A program made the translations under genes and the position numbers. A stretch of 39,128 bases of DNA from positions 1 to 39,128 of the forward strand of contig JBFXGO010000022.1 in NCBI GenBank assembly GCA_050239825.1, in the 5' to 3' direction. This DNA comes from a bacterium (GTDB lineage: Bacteria; Hydrothermota; 32-111). Below are positions 7,801 through 16,783 of this stretch, one piece after another. Under the pieces are notes generated by a model. That model was not told the origin of the DNA. It saw only the letters and a program-made list of their open reading frames with translations, and ran no database searches. Each line of letters starts with the position of its first letter. Position 1 is the first letter of the stretch.

Positions 7801-10483
7801 TGGTAAGTACCTCCGCTTTATTCTTGAAAGTCGAGTATTCTTTTATGGGTGCAAGATAATTGACCTTGGCTTCAATACCTAAAGCCTCAAAGTGTTTAAC
7901 CGCACATTTAATTTTATAGATTTCATTTTCAGTAAGTGATTTTCTATCATCAAGGCTGTTAGTACCCTTGGTTTCAATAACGAAATAATATTCGCTGCCA
8001 CTTTCTTCTCGTAATTTATTCTTTTTTAAAACAAGACCGAAATCGGGATTGTATTCACCCGCCGGTGTCTTAATTACATAAAAAGACGGGAGCTTTAAAA
8101 AGCATACGACTTCAGTATCACTGTCTGCTTCGCGGGCGAATTTTTGTTCGTGTTCGCTATCCCAAATAATATGATCATAAATGCCCTTGTTTGGTGTTGG
8201 CTCAATTTTATCGGTATTTTTAACTATGAATTGTTCAAACTGGTTTATATCAAATGTCTCCCCTGTAGTACGGTAATCTAGCGCACGAAGCATTTCATCA
8301 AGTTCAATGTAGCAGATTTTTTGGACTGCTTCTTTTAAGAAGCGAGGTGGACTTTTCAACATCTCTTTTTTGTTGTTAAAACCTTGTACGATTTTAATGA
8401 CGGTAGGATAAGCAAGGGCTGTATTTTCACTTAATTCTTCAATCAGGTCTATCGGCGAAAAGACGGTACTAACTGTTTTATTCTGTGTTCTGAAATCTTC
8501 TGTCTGTATTCCTTCCTCGGACATGCTTTGAATCCTGCCGAGGGCAACCTGTACCTGATGTTCCGAAATTGTGATTTCATTTATGGCTTTAATGGATTCT
8601 TCAATAATTCTATTTTCGTCGAAGGATACAAGATATTCTGTTTTTTGAGAAAGTCGTTTCCAGAATTCACGGAAAGAAGGGTTGTTGAAATGAGTGTCGT
8701 TTCTGGACAAACGTTTTTCAGTAGTTTTTTGTCCCTTGTGAGTGTTACGGGTTTCGGCTCCTGCTTCGCTTGTTCCATAAATTTCTGCTATCTCTGATTG
8801 GTATTGTGAAACAAAGGCTTCGTAAGTTTCATTTGGAATAACGGTAAGGAGGTTTATCTCGTTGCCTTCCTTTGTTTCGGGTTTATCATAAACACGCTGC
8901 CCATCCTGATTAACGCAAATGCGAAGGCCTCTGCCAATTTCCTGTCTTTTTTTAATTTCGCTGTAACTCTGATTCAGAGTAGCTATGTTAAATACATTCG
9001 GATTATCCCAACCTACACCAAGGGCAGAGTGGGAAAAGATAAACTCGACTGGATTATTCAGTGACAACAATTCTTCTTTTGATTTCAGGATAAGGTCATA
9101 AAGCTCTTTGTTGTTCCGCATTGAGCCTTCATCGTCAGTAAAATCACCTTTTCCAGTTTGCGCAAAATAGTAGCCCTGCACCTGTTCGATTTTTAAATTA
9201 TCAGCATCCTTGCCGTAAAAATCTTTGTGCGCTTTTTTGTATTGTTCTACAAATGACTTCTTAATGATTCCGTTTGGTTGAATGTAATTATCAACCCTGT
9301 CAATAAATGTAAGAGAGAGGCATTTAATTCCCGATTGTTTCAGTATTTCTTTTTTTCTGAAATGAGTATCAATAAGCCAATACAGTTGTTCTCCGAATAT
9401 TACAGAAAAGTCTTTTGCTTGCTCTCCCTCATAAATAATAGCCCCATTTTTGAATTTTACAAAACCCTTGCAGCGAATTGGCCGGGCAATTTGTTCAATA
9501 ACATAGCCTTTGTAGGTAATATTTTCGGTTACTTCTTGTAAGTCTGCATTTTTGTCGAGTTTCTTTGTGTATTTAAATTTAAAACCGTTTGCTGTTTGAT
9601 GCCAAGCTTTTAAAACTGCTTTTGGTTCACCTTTTCCTAATTCAATTTTATCAAGTTCAATTTTCATGGATGCTTCATCGTTCTTTTCAGAAACAGTTAA
9701 AACCTCAATTTTTTTGACAAGACCCTGCTTATAACTGTCATAAGGTGTTAAGCGATAAATCAGATTGGTTAATATTTTATGTGTTGCAGAATATCTGATT
9801 TTGAATAGCGGTTTGAGGGTTTTCAATCTCTCGACCGAATTTTCAGTATCCATGCCTTCCTGAGGTTCATCCATAATAACAATCGGATTTGTACGAGAAA
9901 TGGCTTCGATATATGCCATATTCGAGAATAAATCTTCCCGCTGCACTTGATTCAAAATACGGTCATCGGAATTGAAAGACTGAAGAGTCATTACCATTAT
10001 TTGCGGATGCTGTTCTTCAACAAAATTGGTAACTTTTGAAAGCCTTTTACTGTCATATTCAAAATAGCTGGGCTTTATGTTGTAGATGTCTTCCAGTTGT
10101 TTTTCAAATGTTTTTAAAGTTGTTAGTACGCCTTCTTTAATAGCAACAGAGGGAACAAGAATGATAAATTTTGTAAAGCCATATTGCTTATAAAGCTCAA
10201 AAACAGTTTTTATATATACAAGAGTTTTACCAGTACCAGTTTCCATCTCGACACAAATATCATTAGACGACTGAATATTTGCCGTTTCTTCCTTAAGTCC
10301 GTTTTCAAGAATAATATCTTTAAGGTTCTGAATAATTTCATCGCTTGATAATGAAAGAGTATTTGACCGTATTCCTTCAACACAGGCATTGTCAAAAGTA
10401 TTCTTTTCCTGTCCTTTGAAAACAGAAATAACAGACTTTATAGCTTGTTGTTGGTATTCTAACTGTTCAAGTTTTAATTCCAT
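7793..10483 (-). CDS. res: Type III R-M system restriction subunit (Res)
   Basis: EMETGTGKT Walker A, DEPQ Walker B variant, YSATH, HSAL..GWDNPNVF, QEIGRGLR helicase motifs and C-terminal YNPDF...ETKG PD-(D/E)xK nuclease. Start ATG 10483 or TTG 10486. Confidence 0.93.
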   Translation of the reverse strand: MELKLEQLEYQQQAIKSVISVFKGQEKNTFDNACVEGIRSNTLSLSSDEIIQNLKDIILENGLKEETANIQSSNDICVEMETGTGKTLVYIKTVFELYKQYGFTKFIILVPSVAIKEGVLTTLKTFEKQLEDIYNIKPSYFEYDSKRLSKVTNFVEEQHPQIMVMTLQSFNSDDRILNQVQREDLFSNMAYIEAISRTNPIVIMDEPQEGMDTENSVERLKTLKPLFKIRYSATHKILTNLIYRLTPYDSYKQGLVKKIEVLTVSEKNDEASMKIELDKIELGKGEPKAVLKAWHQTANGFKFKYTKKLDKNADLQEVTENITYKGYVIEQIARPIRCKGFVKFKNGAIIYEGEQAKDFSVIFGEQLYWLIDTHFRKKEILKQSGIKCLSLTFIDRVDNYIQPNGIIKKSFVEQYKKAHKDFYGKDADNLKIEQVQGYYFAQTGKGDFTDDEGSMRNNKELYDLILKSKEELLSLNNPVEFIFSHSALGVGWDNPNVFNIATLNQSYSEIKKRQEIGRGLRICVNQDGQRVYDKPETKEGNEINLLTVIPNETYEAFVSQYQSEIAEIYGTSEAGAETRNTHKGQKTTEKRLSRNDTHFNNPSFREFWKRLSQKTEYLVSFDENRIIEESIKAINEITISEHQVQVALGRIQSMSEEGIQTEDFRTQNKTVSTVFSPIDLIEELSENTALAYPTVIKIVQGFNNKKEMLKSPPRFLKEAVQKICYIELDEMLRALDYRTTGETFDINQFEQFIVKNTDKIEPTPNKGIYDHIIWDSEHEQKFAREADSDTEVVCFLKLPSFYVIKTPAGEYNPDFGLVLKKNKLREESGSEYYFVIETKGTNSLDDRKSLTENEIYKIKCAVKHFEALGIEAKVNYLAPIKEYSTFKNKAEVLTNV

Positions 10484-10563
10484 CAATTCATTTCCTCTAT
10501 CTTTTCTTCATGCCCAACACGGACATTGGGCATTCTTGACGGGCAAGTTTTTAATCTTCTCAT
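10483..10563 (-). CDS. Possible 26-aa leader ORF coupled to res
   Basis: GAGGT RBS, MRRLKTCPSRMPNVRVGHEEKIEEMN*. Its TGA overlaps the res ATG (TGATG). Contains an 8-bp perfect stem at 10510-10533. Confidence 0.3.
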   Translation of the reverse strand: MRRLKTCPSRMPNVRVGHEEKIEEMN

Positions 10564-10659
10564 AAAAATACCTCTTTCAAATTCTTAACGCACATGTATT
10601 CTTCCGTCTTTCGCCGCCCAAGCATTTCATACAACAACTAATAGGCGCATTACTGCGTT

Positions 10660-10705
10660 CCGAGTTTTTCAGTGATAGTGTCCTCATATAGTGTAAATAA
10701 TACAA
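10660..10705 (+). repeat. 46-bp direct repeat, copy 2 (isolated IS left end)
   Basis: 45/46 identical to 4491-4536; no matching right end or transposase found between here and rng. Confidence 0.9.
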
Positions 10706-10725
10706 GACAATGGCTCTTTTGTCAA
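10697..10725 (-). promoter_or_regulatory. Sigma70-type promoter facing the res-mod-TM-TIR operon
   Basis: Minus strand TTGACA-N17-TATTAT; the -10 box lies inside the repeated IS end. Confidence 0.55.
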
Positions 10726-10961
10726 GACACAAGATTTTGATAAATTGTGTTTGTTGTTAAGCTGTTTAAGCACTTGTAATACCTTCTTTTTTCTATGTCA
10801 AGTCGTTAATTGTATTTTAATTACCAAATTACAATGCAGATGGATTTTTGAAGAGTGATTGTTACGCGAATGACCACGATGGGTAGTGAGAAGTGAATTA
10901 CTTGAAACAATTAAATAATTTAACAACCATTATACAAATAAAAGCAGAATATTCCTGTTCT

Positions 10962-12452
10962 CTAATTTACCGTAGCGATTTTTTCCACTTTGTTCACAGA
11001 ATAGATTTCACACACACCGCTTTTGACTGAATCTGACACTTTTATCTTTACATTCATCCTATTGTCCTTCATCACAGTCTCAATGTATTTCATCAGGCTC
11101 TTTCCTACGGTTTCCACAACATTCTCCTGCGCATTTACAATAAGGGTATCCTCGGGATAATTTTTCCCGTTCTCTTTCAGCCATCTGACAAGTTTTAATC
11201 CTACATAAAACGGCTTGGCAGTATATCCCCTGCCCTCACAGCAGTCGCATTTGTCAATGAAGTAATTTATAACAGAAGGTCCTATCTTTTTTCTTGTCAT
11301 TTCAACAAGTCCGAACTGCGAGACTTTTAGCGTTTTTGTCGTCGAACGGTCGTTTTTCAGAAATTTTTTCAATTGATTTAAAAGCTCTTTTTTGCTGAAC
11401 TCATCAGCCATATCGATGAAATCAATCACTATTATTCCGCCCAAATCCCTCAGACGCAGTTGACGCGCAATCTCTTCAGCCGCCATTATGTTGATATCCC
11501 TTATCAACGCATCGTCATCCCTTGCCCGCGAAATTTTCCCGCTGTTTACATCAATAGCGGTCAATGCCTCAGTGGTCTCAATAACAATTGAAGCGCCTCC
11601 TTTGAGATAAACATCCGGCTTGAACATCTTATCAAGCTCTCTGTCAATCTCATAGTATGCAAGCATCGGTATTTTGAATTGATATAGGTGAACTTTCTTC
11701 TTCATGTTTATTCCGAGATATGAGAAGTACTCCAATATGTCATGATAGATATCCTTGGAATCCACATATATATTCTCCACACCGCGCTTCATAAGGTCTC
11801 TTATAAGTTTTTTCGATACAGTCACTTCTTTGTAAAGAAGAGCAGGAGAGATTGCCTTGTCTACTCCTGCGGATATCCTTTTCCATATTTTCATGAGCTC
11901 GAAATACTCTCTCTTTATGTTGACCGGAGTCGCATCAAGAGCCGCAGTGCGCACAATCACTCCCATACTCGGGTCGAGAATTGAATAAAGCATTGTTTTG
12001 ATTTCAGATTTAAAATCCCTATCCCTGATTTGTTTTGAAACACCGACGAAGTGAACAAAAGGCAGAAGCACTAAAAAATTGCCGGCAATTGAGATATAGG
12101 ATGTCAGTTTTGCGCCTTTTGCGTTTATCTCGTCCCTCATCACCTGCACGAGTATTTCATCTCCCTCTCTTATTGTCATCTCCTGGTGAACCTCTTCCTC
12201 TATGTCTGAAAATGATTCAAATTTAATTTTTCCATCTGGAGAATTCAGAGGTAAAAAGGCTTTCTTTTTTTCGCCGATATCCAAAAATGCCGCCTGAATT
12301 CCTGAAGAGAGGTGTTGTATTCTCGCTTTATAGATATTTCCAACAAGCGACACCTTATTGAAATCTTCAACAACCACTTCTACGAGCTTGTCATTTTCTT
12401 TAACAGCCATCACTATATTATCTTCATTTTTTGTTATAAACAATTCATTCAT
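10962..12452 (-). CDS. rng: Ribonuclease E/G family (RNase G-sized)
   Basis: VGNIYKA S1 domain, AAFLDIG, KGAKLT, TEALTAIDVNSG, ARQLRLRDLGGIIVIDFIDM, FGLVEMTR, CxxC Zn-link. Confidence 0.92.
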   Translation of the reverse strand: MNELFITKNEDNIVMAVKENDKLVEVVVEDFNKVSLVGNIYKARIQHLSSGIQAAFLDIGEKKKAFLPLNSPDGKIKFESFSDIEEEVHQEMTIREGDEILVQVMRDEINAKGAKLTSYISIAGNFLVLLPFVHFVGVSKQIRDRDFKSEIKTMLYSILDPSMGVIVRTAALDATPVNIKREYFELMKIWKRISAGVDKAISPALLYKEVTVSKKLIRDLMKRGVENIYVDSKDIYHDILEYFSYLGINMKKKVHLYQFKIPMLAYYEIDRELDKMFKPDVYLKGGASIVIETTEALTAIDVNSGKISRARDDDALIRDINIMAAEEIARQLRLRDLGGIIVIDFIDMADEFSKKELLNQLKKFLKNDRSTTKTLKVSQFGLVEMTRKKIGPSVINYFIDKCDCCEGRGYTAKPFYVGLKLVRWLKENGKNYPEDTLIVNAQENVVETVGKSLMKYIETVMKDNRMNVKIKVSDSVKSGVCEIYSVNKVEKIATVN

Positions 12453-14944
12453 ATATCATATACCTCATATTCTTTTCCGCCCTCTTCAAGGAAGAAATTT
12501 TCTCTGTAAATTTTTATATCGCCGAGTTCTTTGATTCCGAGCACATGTCGCACCAGCTCATCAAATTTTATTCCGCCTTCGTTTTGGAAGGATATTTTCA
12601 CTCTTGCAAGATGCTCCTCAAAATCCACATTGCTGATAAACTTTCTTATATTCATCTCTGTTGTCTTTTCATTGTTTTTTCTCGTTACAAGATACTCTCT
12701 TGACGAGAGAAAATTCTCCGCGCTCTTCCTCATAACTGCGTCTGGATTGACCTGAAAAACCATACTTAATCTGTTTACGCGTGAAATAACAGACATCCTA
12801 TCGCTCTTCATCTCTTTCATATAGTAAAAATGCACACCTTTGGGGAATGACGCATTGATTGTTGACAACAGATTTGAATCAGGCCTCGATTCAAGCATCA
12901 CTTCAATCATCTCCATTTTTGAATAAACATTTACGGGTTTCGGAGGTCCGTATACTATTTTAATCCTCGGATTGAATCCCTGTGTATAGGCAAACTCAAG
13001 ATTTGAGCGTTTCAGTCCGCTGTTGATGAAATTTATCATTCCAAGATGAGATAGGTACTGATACTCACTGTCAAGCGAGTAGAGAAGAAATACATTTGTC
13101 CTCTGTGTCTGAAGTGTTACCGCCTTCTTGGGCTTCCTCCTCTGGAAATCGTCCTGTTTTTTCTCTGCTATTCTCTCTCTCTTTTTCTTTTCTCCGGCTA
13201 TCTCGCCTCCACAGGCTCCGCATGAAGTGCACTTGGCGCTTCTGCAGTCAAAGGTAGCCTTTTCACTCTCGGCCGCAAGATACTCTCTTTCAAGGAAAGA
13301 CCTTGTCACCTTTGTTTTTATAAAGTCCCACGGCAATTCATCTTCAAGATTGCGGCCTTCCATATAAAGTTTTAGGTCAATGCCGAGTTTGTCTGCCGAA
13401 TCCTGCCAAAGATTGAAGTTGAAATGCTCGCTCCATTCGTCGAGACGCTCTCCTCTTTCAAATGCATCCAGTATCAATGAATTGAGTTTGGAATCTCCTC
13501 TTGCAAAGACTCCTTCAAGGAAAGAGACAGACGGCTCTCTATAGGTTACTTCTACATTCTTTCTTTTCATTATGCTCTTAATATTCCTGATCTTTTCATA
13601 AGTTTCTTCTATGGAGTTTTGTCTTGACCATTGAAATGGAGTAAAGGGTCTGGGAACAAAAGGAGATATGGAGGCGGTAAATTTCAAATCCCTGAATTCA
13701 CTGCCCAGATTTTCCAGTAATTCTCCTATCTCGATTATATCCTGATTGTCTTCAAATGGAAATCCAATCATAAAGTAAAGTTTTATATGCTTCCAGCCGT
13801 TCTCTCTGCAGAGACGAGTTGTATCAAAGACCTCCTCTATTGTTATATCTTTGTTTATTATTTTTCTCATTTTTTCTGAAGCGGTTTCTATTGCAATTGT
13901 AATTCCTGATTTCCTCACCAAAGAGACCTGCTTCAAGAGCTCCGAATCTATATCATTCACTCTCAATGATGGCAGACCTATTGAGAGGCTTTTTTTGCTT
14001 ATCTCCCTGTTCAGATTCTCTATAAGAAGATTAAGGTCAAGGTAATCCGTAGCCGATAGAGAGAGCAGTGTGACCTCCTTGTATCCAGTCGCACTCAACG
14101 CTTTGACTGCATCATCAATGCACCTCTCGTAAGTTCGCTCTCTGACAGGTCTGTAAACCATTCCCGCCTGACAGAAGCGGCATCCTCTCGTGCATCCCCT
14201 GCTAAGTTCCACAACAGCTCTGTCATGGACTGTTTTCGCTGTGGGAACCATGAATTTTGAGATGGAAGGAGAATTTTTAAAATCAGTATTTATTTTCTGC
14301 ACAACGCCTTTTGATGTGCCTGAAAGCATCGGCACATATGTATAGTCAAGCTCATCAAACAGCTCAAGAGCATTCTGTCTGCTTATTTCATTCCATTTTC
14401 TCTTTCTCAAAATTTCAAGAATATCGTCCAGCATATCCTCTCCTTCGCCTACGAAGAAGACATCTATAAAAGAGTTAATCGGAAGAGGGTTATAGACTGC
14501 CGTGCCGCCTGCAATTATTATGGGATTCTCCTCTGTCCTATCTGTTGACAGAAGAGGGATTCGCGAAAGATCAAGTATCTGCAGTATATTTGTATATGTG
14601 AGTTCATACTCCACAGTAAAGCCAATGAGATCAAATTTATCAAGTTCCGTGTGGGTCTCAAGCGACAGAAGACTTACATTCTCTCTGCGCAGTTCTGCCT
14701 CCATATCCTTTTGCACTGCGTATGCCCTCTCGGCAAATACATCCTCTCTCTTGTTGAAGAGGTCATAGAGAAGCATATGCCCCAAAGATGACATGCCGAT
14801 AGTGTACAAATCCGGATATGAGAGAAGAATCCGGATTCTGCCGTCAGGGTCCTTCAGAGTCTCATTGTACTCTCCGCCAACATACTGAATCGGGTTCTCG
14901 ACCCTTCTCAGGACTCTGTCAGGATAATGATTCATTCGTGACAA
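12449..14944 (-). CDS. TIGR03960-like B12-binding radical SAM protein fused to a TIGR03936/DUF2344-like C-terminal domain
   Basis: QYVGGEYN, YPDLYTIGMS, RGCTRGCRFCQAG CxxxCxxC motif, KLYFMIG. C-terminal YLSHL...AYTQGFNPRIKI domain. Typical location upstream of rng. Confidence 0.88.
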   Translation of the reverse strand: MSRMNHYPDRVLRRVENPIQYVGGEYNETLKDPDGRIRILLSYPDLYTIGMSSLGHMLLYDLFNKREDVFAERAYAVQKDMEAELRRENVSLLSLETHTELDKFDLIGFTVEYELTYTNILQILDLSRIPLLSTDRTEENPIIIAGGTAVYNPLPINSFIDVFFVGEGEDMLDDILEILRKRKWNEISRQNALELFDELDYTYVPMLSGTSKGVVQKINTDFKNSPSISKFMVPTAKTVHDRAVVELSRGCTRGCRFCQAGMVYRPVRERTYERCIDDAVKALSATGYKEVTLLSLSATDYLDLNLLIENLNREISKKSLSIGLPSLRVNDIDSELLKQVSLVRKSGITIAIETASEKMRKIINKDITIEEVFDTTRLCRENGWKHIKLYFMIGFPFEDNQDIIEIGELLENLGSEFRDLKFTASISPFVPRPFTPFQWSRQNSIEETYEKIRNIKSIMKRKNVEVTYREPSVSFLEGVFARGDSKLNSLILDAFERGERLDEWSEHFNFNLWQDSADKLGIDLKLYMEGRNLEDELPWDFIKTKVTRSFLEREYLAAESEKATFDCRSAKCTSCGACGGEIAGEKKKRERIAEKKQDDFQRRKPKKAVTLQTQRTNVFLLYSLDSEYQYLSHLGMINFINSGLKRSNLEFAYTQGFNPRIKIVYGPPKPVNVYSKMEMIEVMLESRPDSNLLSTINASFPKGVHFYYMKEMKSDRMSVISRVNRLSMVFQVNPDAVMRKSAENFLSSREYLVTRKNNEKTTEMNIRKFISNVDFEEHLARVKISFQNEGGIKFDELVRHVLGIKELGDIKIYRENFFLEEGGKEYEVYDI

Positions 14945-15809
14945 TTTTGTATATCTCCTTATAAATTTCTGCCGTCTTAAATACTATTTCATCCGGAAGG
15001 TCGGGCGGAGGAGATTTTCTGTCCCAGTCTGTAGAAAGCAGATAATTTCTTATAAACTGCTTGTCAAGAGACTCCTGTTTTTCTCCTTTCCTGTATTTGT
15101 TCAGGAACCAGAATCTTGATGAATCGGGTGTGAATGCTTCATCAATAAAAATAAGATTTTGGTCTTTGATGCCGAACTCCATTTTTGTGTCAGCTAAAAT
15201 TATTCCGCATTTATAGAGCATTTCAGCTACAGCCATATATAACTTAAGAGAGACATGCTTCACATCTTCCGTTCTCTCGTATCCGATCAGACGTTTCATC
15301 TCATCTATAGAGATGTTCTCATCATGCCCCTGCTCAGCTTTTGTAGAAGGGGTAAAAATCGGTTCGGCAAATTTCTCAGATTCAAGAAGACCCGGCTCAA
15401 CATACATACCGCCTATAGTCTGGGTTTTAAGATACTCTGCCCACGCGCTTCCTGTGATGTATCCGCGCACAATGCACTCAACCGGAAGAGGCTTGGTTCT
15501 TTTTACAACCATAAACCTATCCTTCAGATATTCATATTTTCTTAAATCAGCAGGAAGCATGTCAAAATCGCTGTAAAGAAGATGATTCTCGACAATACTC
15601 TTTGTCTTTTCAAAATTATGAATGGAAAGTTTGTTCAGCACTATGCCCTTATTAGGAATAGTCTGGTTCAAAACAAAATCAAAGGCAGAGACCCTGTCAG
15701 TTGTTACAATCAGAAGATTCTCTTCAAGTTCATATATGTCCCTCACCTTTCCTCTTGATAGAAGCATAAGCTCCTTAATTTCTGTTTTTCTTATCAATTC
15801 CGTCTCCAT
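14919..15809 (-). CDS. purC: SAICAR synthase
   Basis: RGKVRDIY, TDRVSAFD, VECIVRGYITGS, FTPSTKAE.GHDENI, ADTKMEFG, DEAFTPDSSRFW, DKQFIR. Confidence 0.96.
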   Translation of the reverse strand: METELIRKTEIKELMLLSRGKVRDIYELEENLLIVTTDRVSAFDFVLNQTIPNKGIVLNKLSIHNFEKTKSIVENHLLYSDFDMLPADLRKYEYLKDRFMVVKRTKPLPVECIVRGYITGSAWAEYLKTQTIGGMYVEPGLLESEKFAEPIFTPSTKAEQGHDENISIDEMKRLIGYERTEDVKHVSLKLYMAVAEMLYKCGIILADTKMEFGIKDQNLIFIDEAFTPDSSRFWFLNKYRKGEKQESLDKQFIRNYLLSTDWDRKSPPPDLPDEIVFKTAEIYKEIYKIVTNESLS

Positions 15810-16257
15810 TTGTTAGTAATTTGTTAAGCTCCCTGACAAACTCATTCATGTCCCTGAATTGCCTATACACAGATGCAAATCTGACATACGATATCTCATC
15901 CGTATCCTTGAGTTTTGACATGACTATCTCGCCTATCTCTTTTGACTCAATTTCGTCTTTTTCCATCGAGAAAAGAATTCTTTCAATGTCATCAACTATA
16001 TCCTCAATGGTTTTCGAAGAGACCGGTCTCTTCCTGCACGCAGTTCTTATTCCTTCCATGAGTTTTTCTCTTGTGTACGGTTCCCTTCTGCTGTCTCTTT
16101 TAATGATCATCACAGGAACCTTTTCGACATACTCGTATGTAGTGAAGCGCCTCTTGCATTCTACGCATTCACGCCTCCGCCTCACAGACTGTCCGTCTTT
16201 TGATGTGCGTGAATCGATTACCTTGTTCTCTTCGTACCCGCAGAAAGGACACTTCAT
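15775..16257 (-). CDS. nrdR: Transcriptional repressor NrdR
   Basis: MKCPFC...VIDSR...RRRREC..C..RFTTYE Zn ribbon, ATP cone, SYVRFASVYR. Confidence 0.97.
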   Translation of the reverse strand: MKCPFCGYEENKVIDSRTSKDGQSVRRRRECVECKRRFTTYEYVEKVPVMIIKRDSRREPYTREKLMEGIRTACRKRPVSSKTIEDIVDDIERILFSMEKDEIESKEIGEIVMSKLKDTDEISYVRFASVYRQFRDMNEFVRELNKLLTNGDGIDKKNRN

Positions 16258-16733
16258 TTTTTTGCTTTGTTTGGATTTTCAAGATAAAGGGTATTCGAAC
16301 ACGATACGGTATTCCCGTTCTCATCAATTCCATAGTATGTTTCTTCTACATAACCCTCAAAATAGTTTCCGTACCGAAAATTCGCATCCGTCTGAGTTAT
16401 AGAACCGCCGGCAGGTATTGAAAGAGTTCCGAACCAGCTCTCAACATCTGAAGCAGAGTAGTTATCGGAATAAACCAAAGAACCGTCGGAATAAAATTTG
16501 CTGATACAGCAGTAACCGCCGGAACTGTAATCTCCGAGAGTCACGGCAACGCCGTTGTTTTCTTCAATGACAACCTCAACTTCCCATGTCCATCCGCGTG
16601 ATGCGTCATAATAACAGTCATCAGATGGATTCGGCGAATATGACAAAGATATATCCGCGCTTCCCGCAGGCAGAAGTATGAGGCATGATGTGAGCAGCAT
16701 AAGAGCAAACGAAAACAAGAATATTTTCTTCAT
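16254..16733 (-). CDS. Hypothetical lipoprotein, beta-rich
   Basis: Lipobox LLTS-C at residue 17; ATGA overlap with nrdR. Confidence 0.75.
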   Translation of the reverse strand: MKKIFLFSFALMLLTSCLILLPAGSADISLSYSPNPSDDCYYDASRGWTWEVEVVIEENNGVAVTLGDYSSGGYCCISKFYSDGSLVYSDNYSASDVESWFGTLSIPAGGSITQTDANFRYGNYFEGYVEETYYGIDENGNTVSCSNTLYLENPNKAKK

Positions 16734-16752
16734 AAAACACTCCGGATTTTAA

Positions 16753-16774
16753 GGGGAGGGATTTTTCCCTCCCC
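16753..16774. terminator. GC-rich stem-loop after aldehyde dehydrogenase (terminator or mRNA-stabilising hairpin)
   Basis: GGGGAGGGA-tttt-TCCCTCCCC perfect 9-bp stem; the U-tract is weak in the minus direction. Confidence 0.55.
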
Positions 16775-16783
16775 GATTTATTT

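Noticed and set aside
10510..10635. Integron attC-like motifs (GCCCAAT...GTTGGGC; GTTGTAT) on the minus strand
   Set aside because: The arms are only a few bases apart, far shorter than an attC. No L boxes, no intI and no cassette array.
4491..10705. 46-bp repeats read as attL/attR of an integrative element or as CRISPR repeats
   Set aside because: No integrase, tRNA or cas gene, and only two copies 6 kb apart. The sequence pairs as an inverted repeat with 4843-4869, which fits an IS end better.
10860..10905. Possible right IS end (TGAATTACT) or second arm of a REP-like repeat upstream of the island
   Set aside because: Only about 9 matching bases and the flanks do not align.
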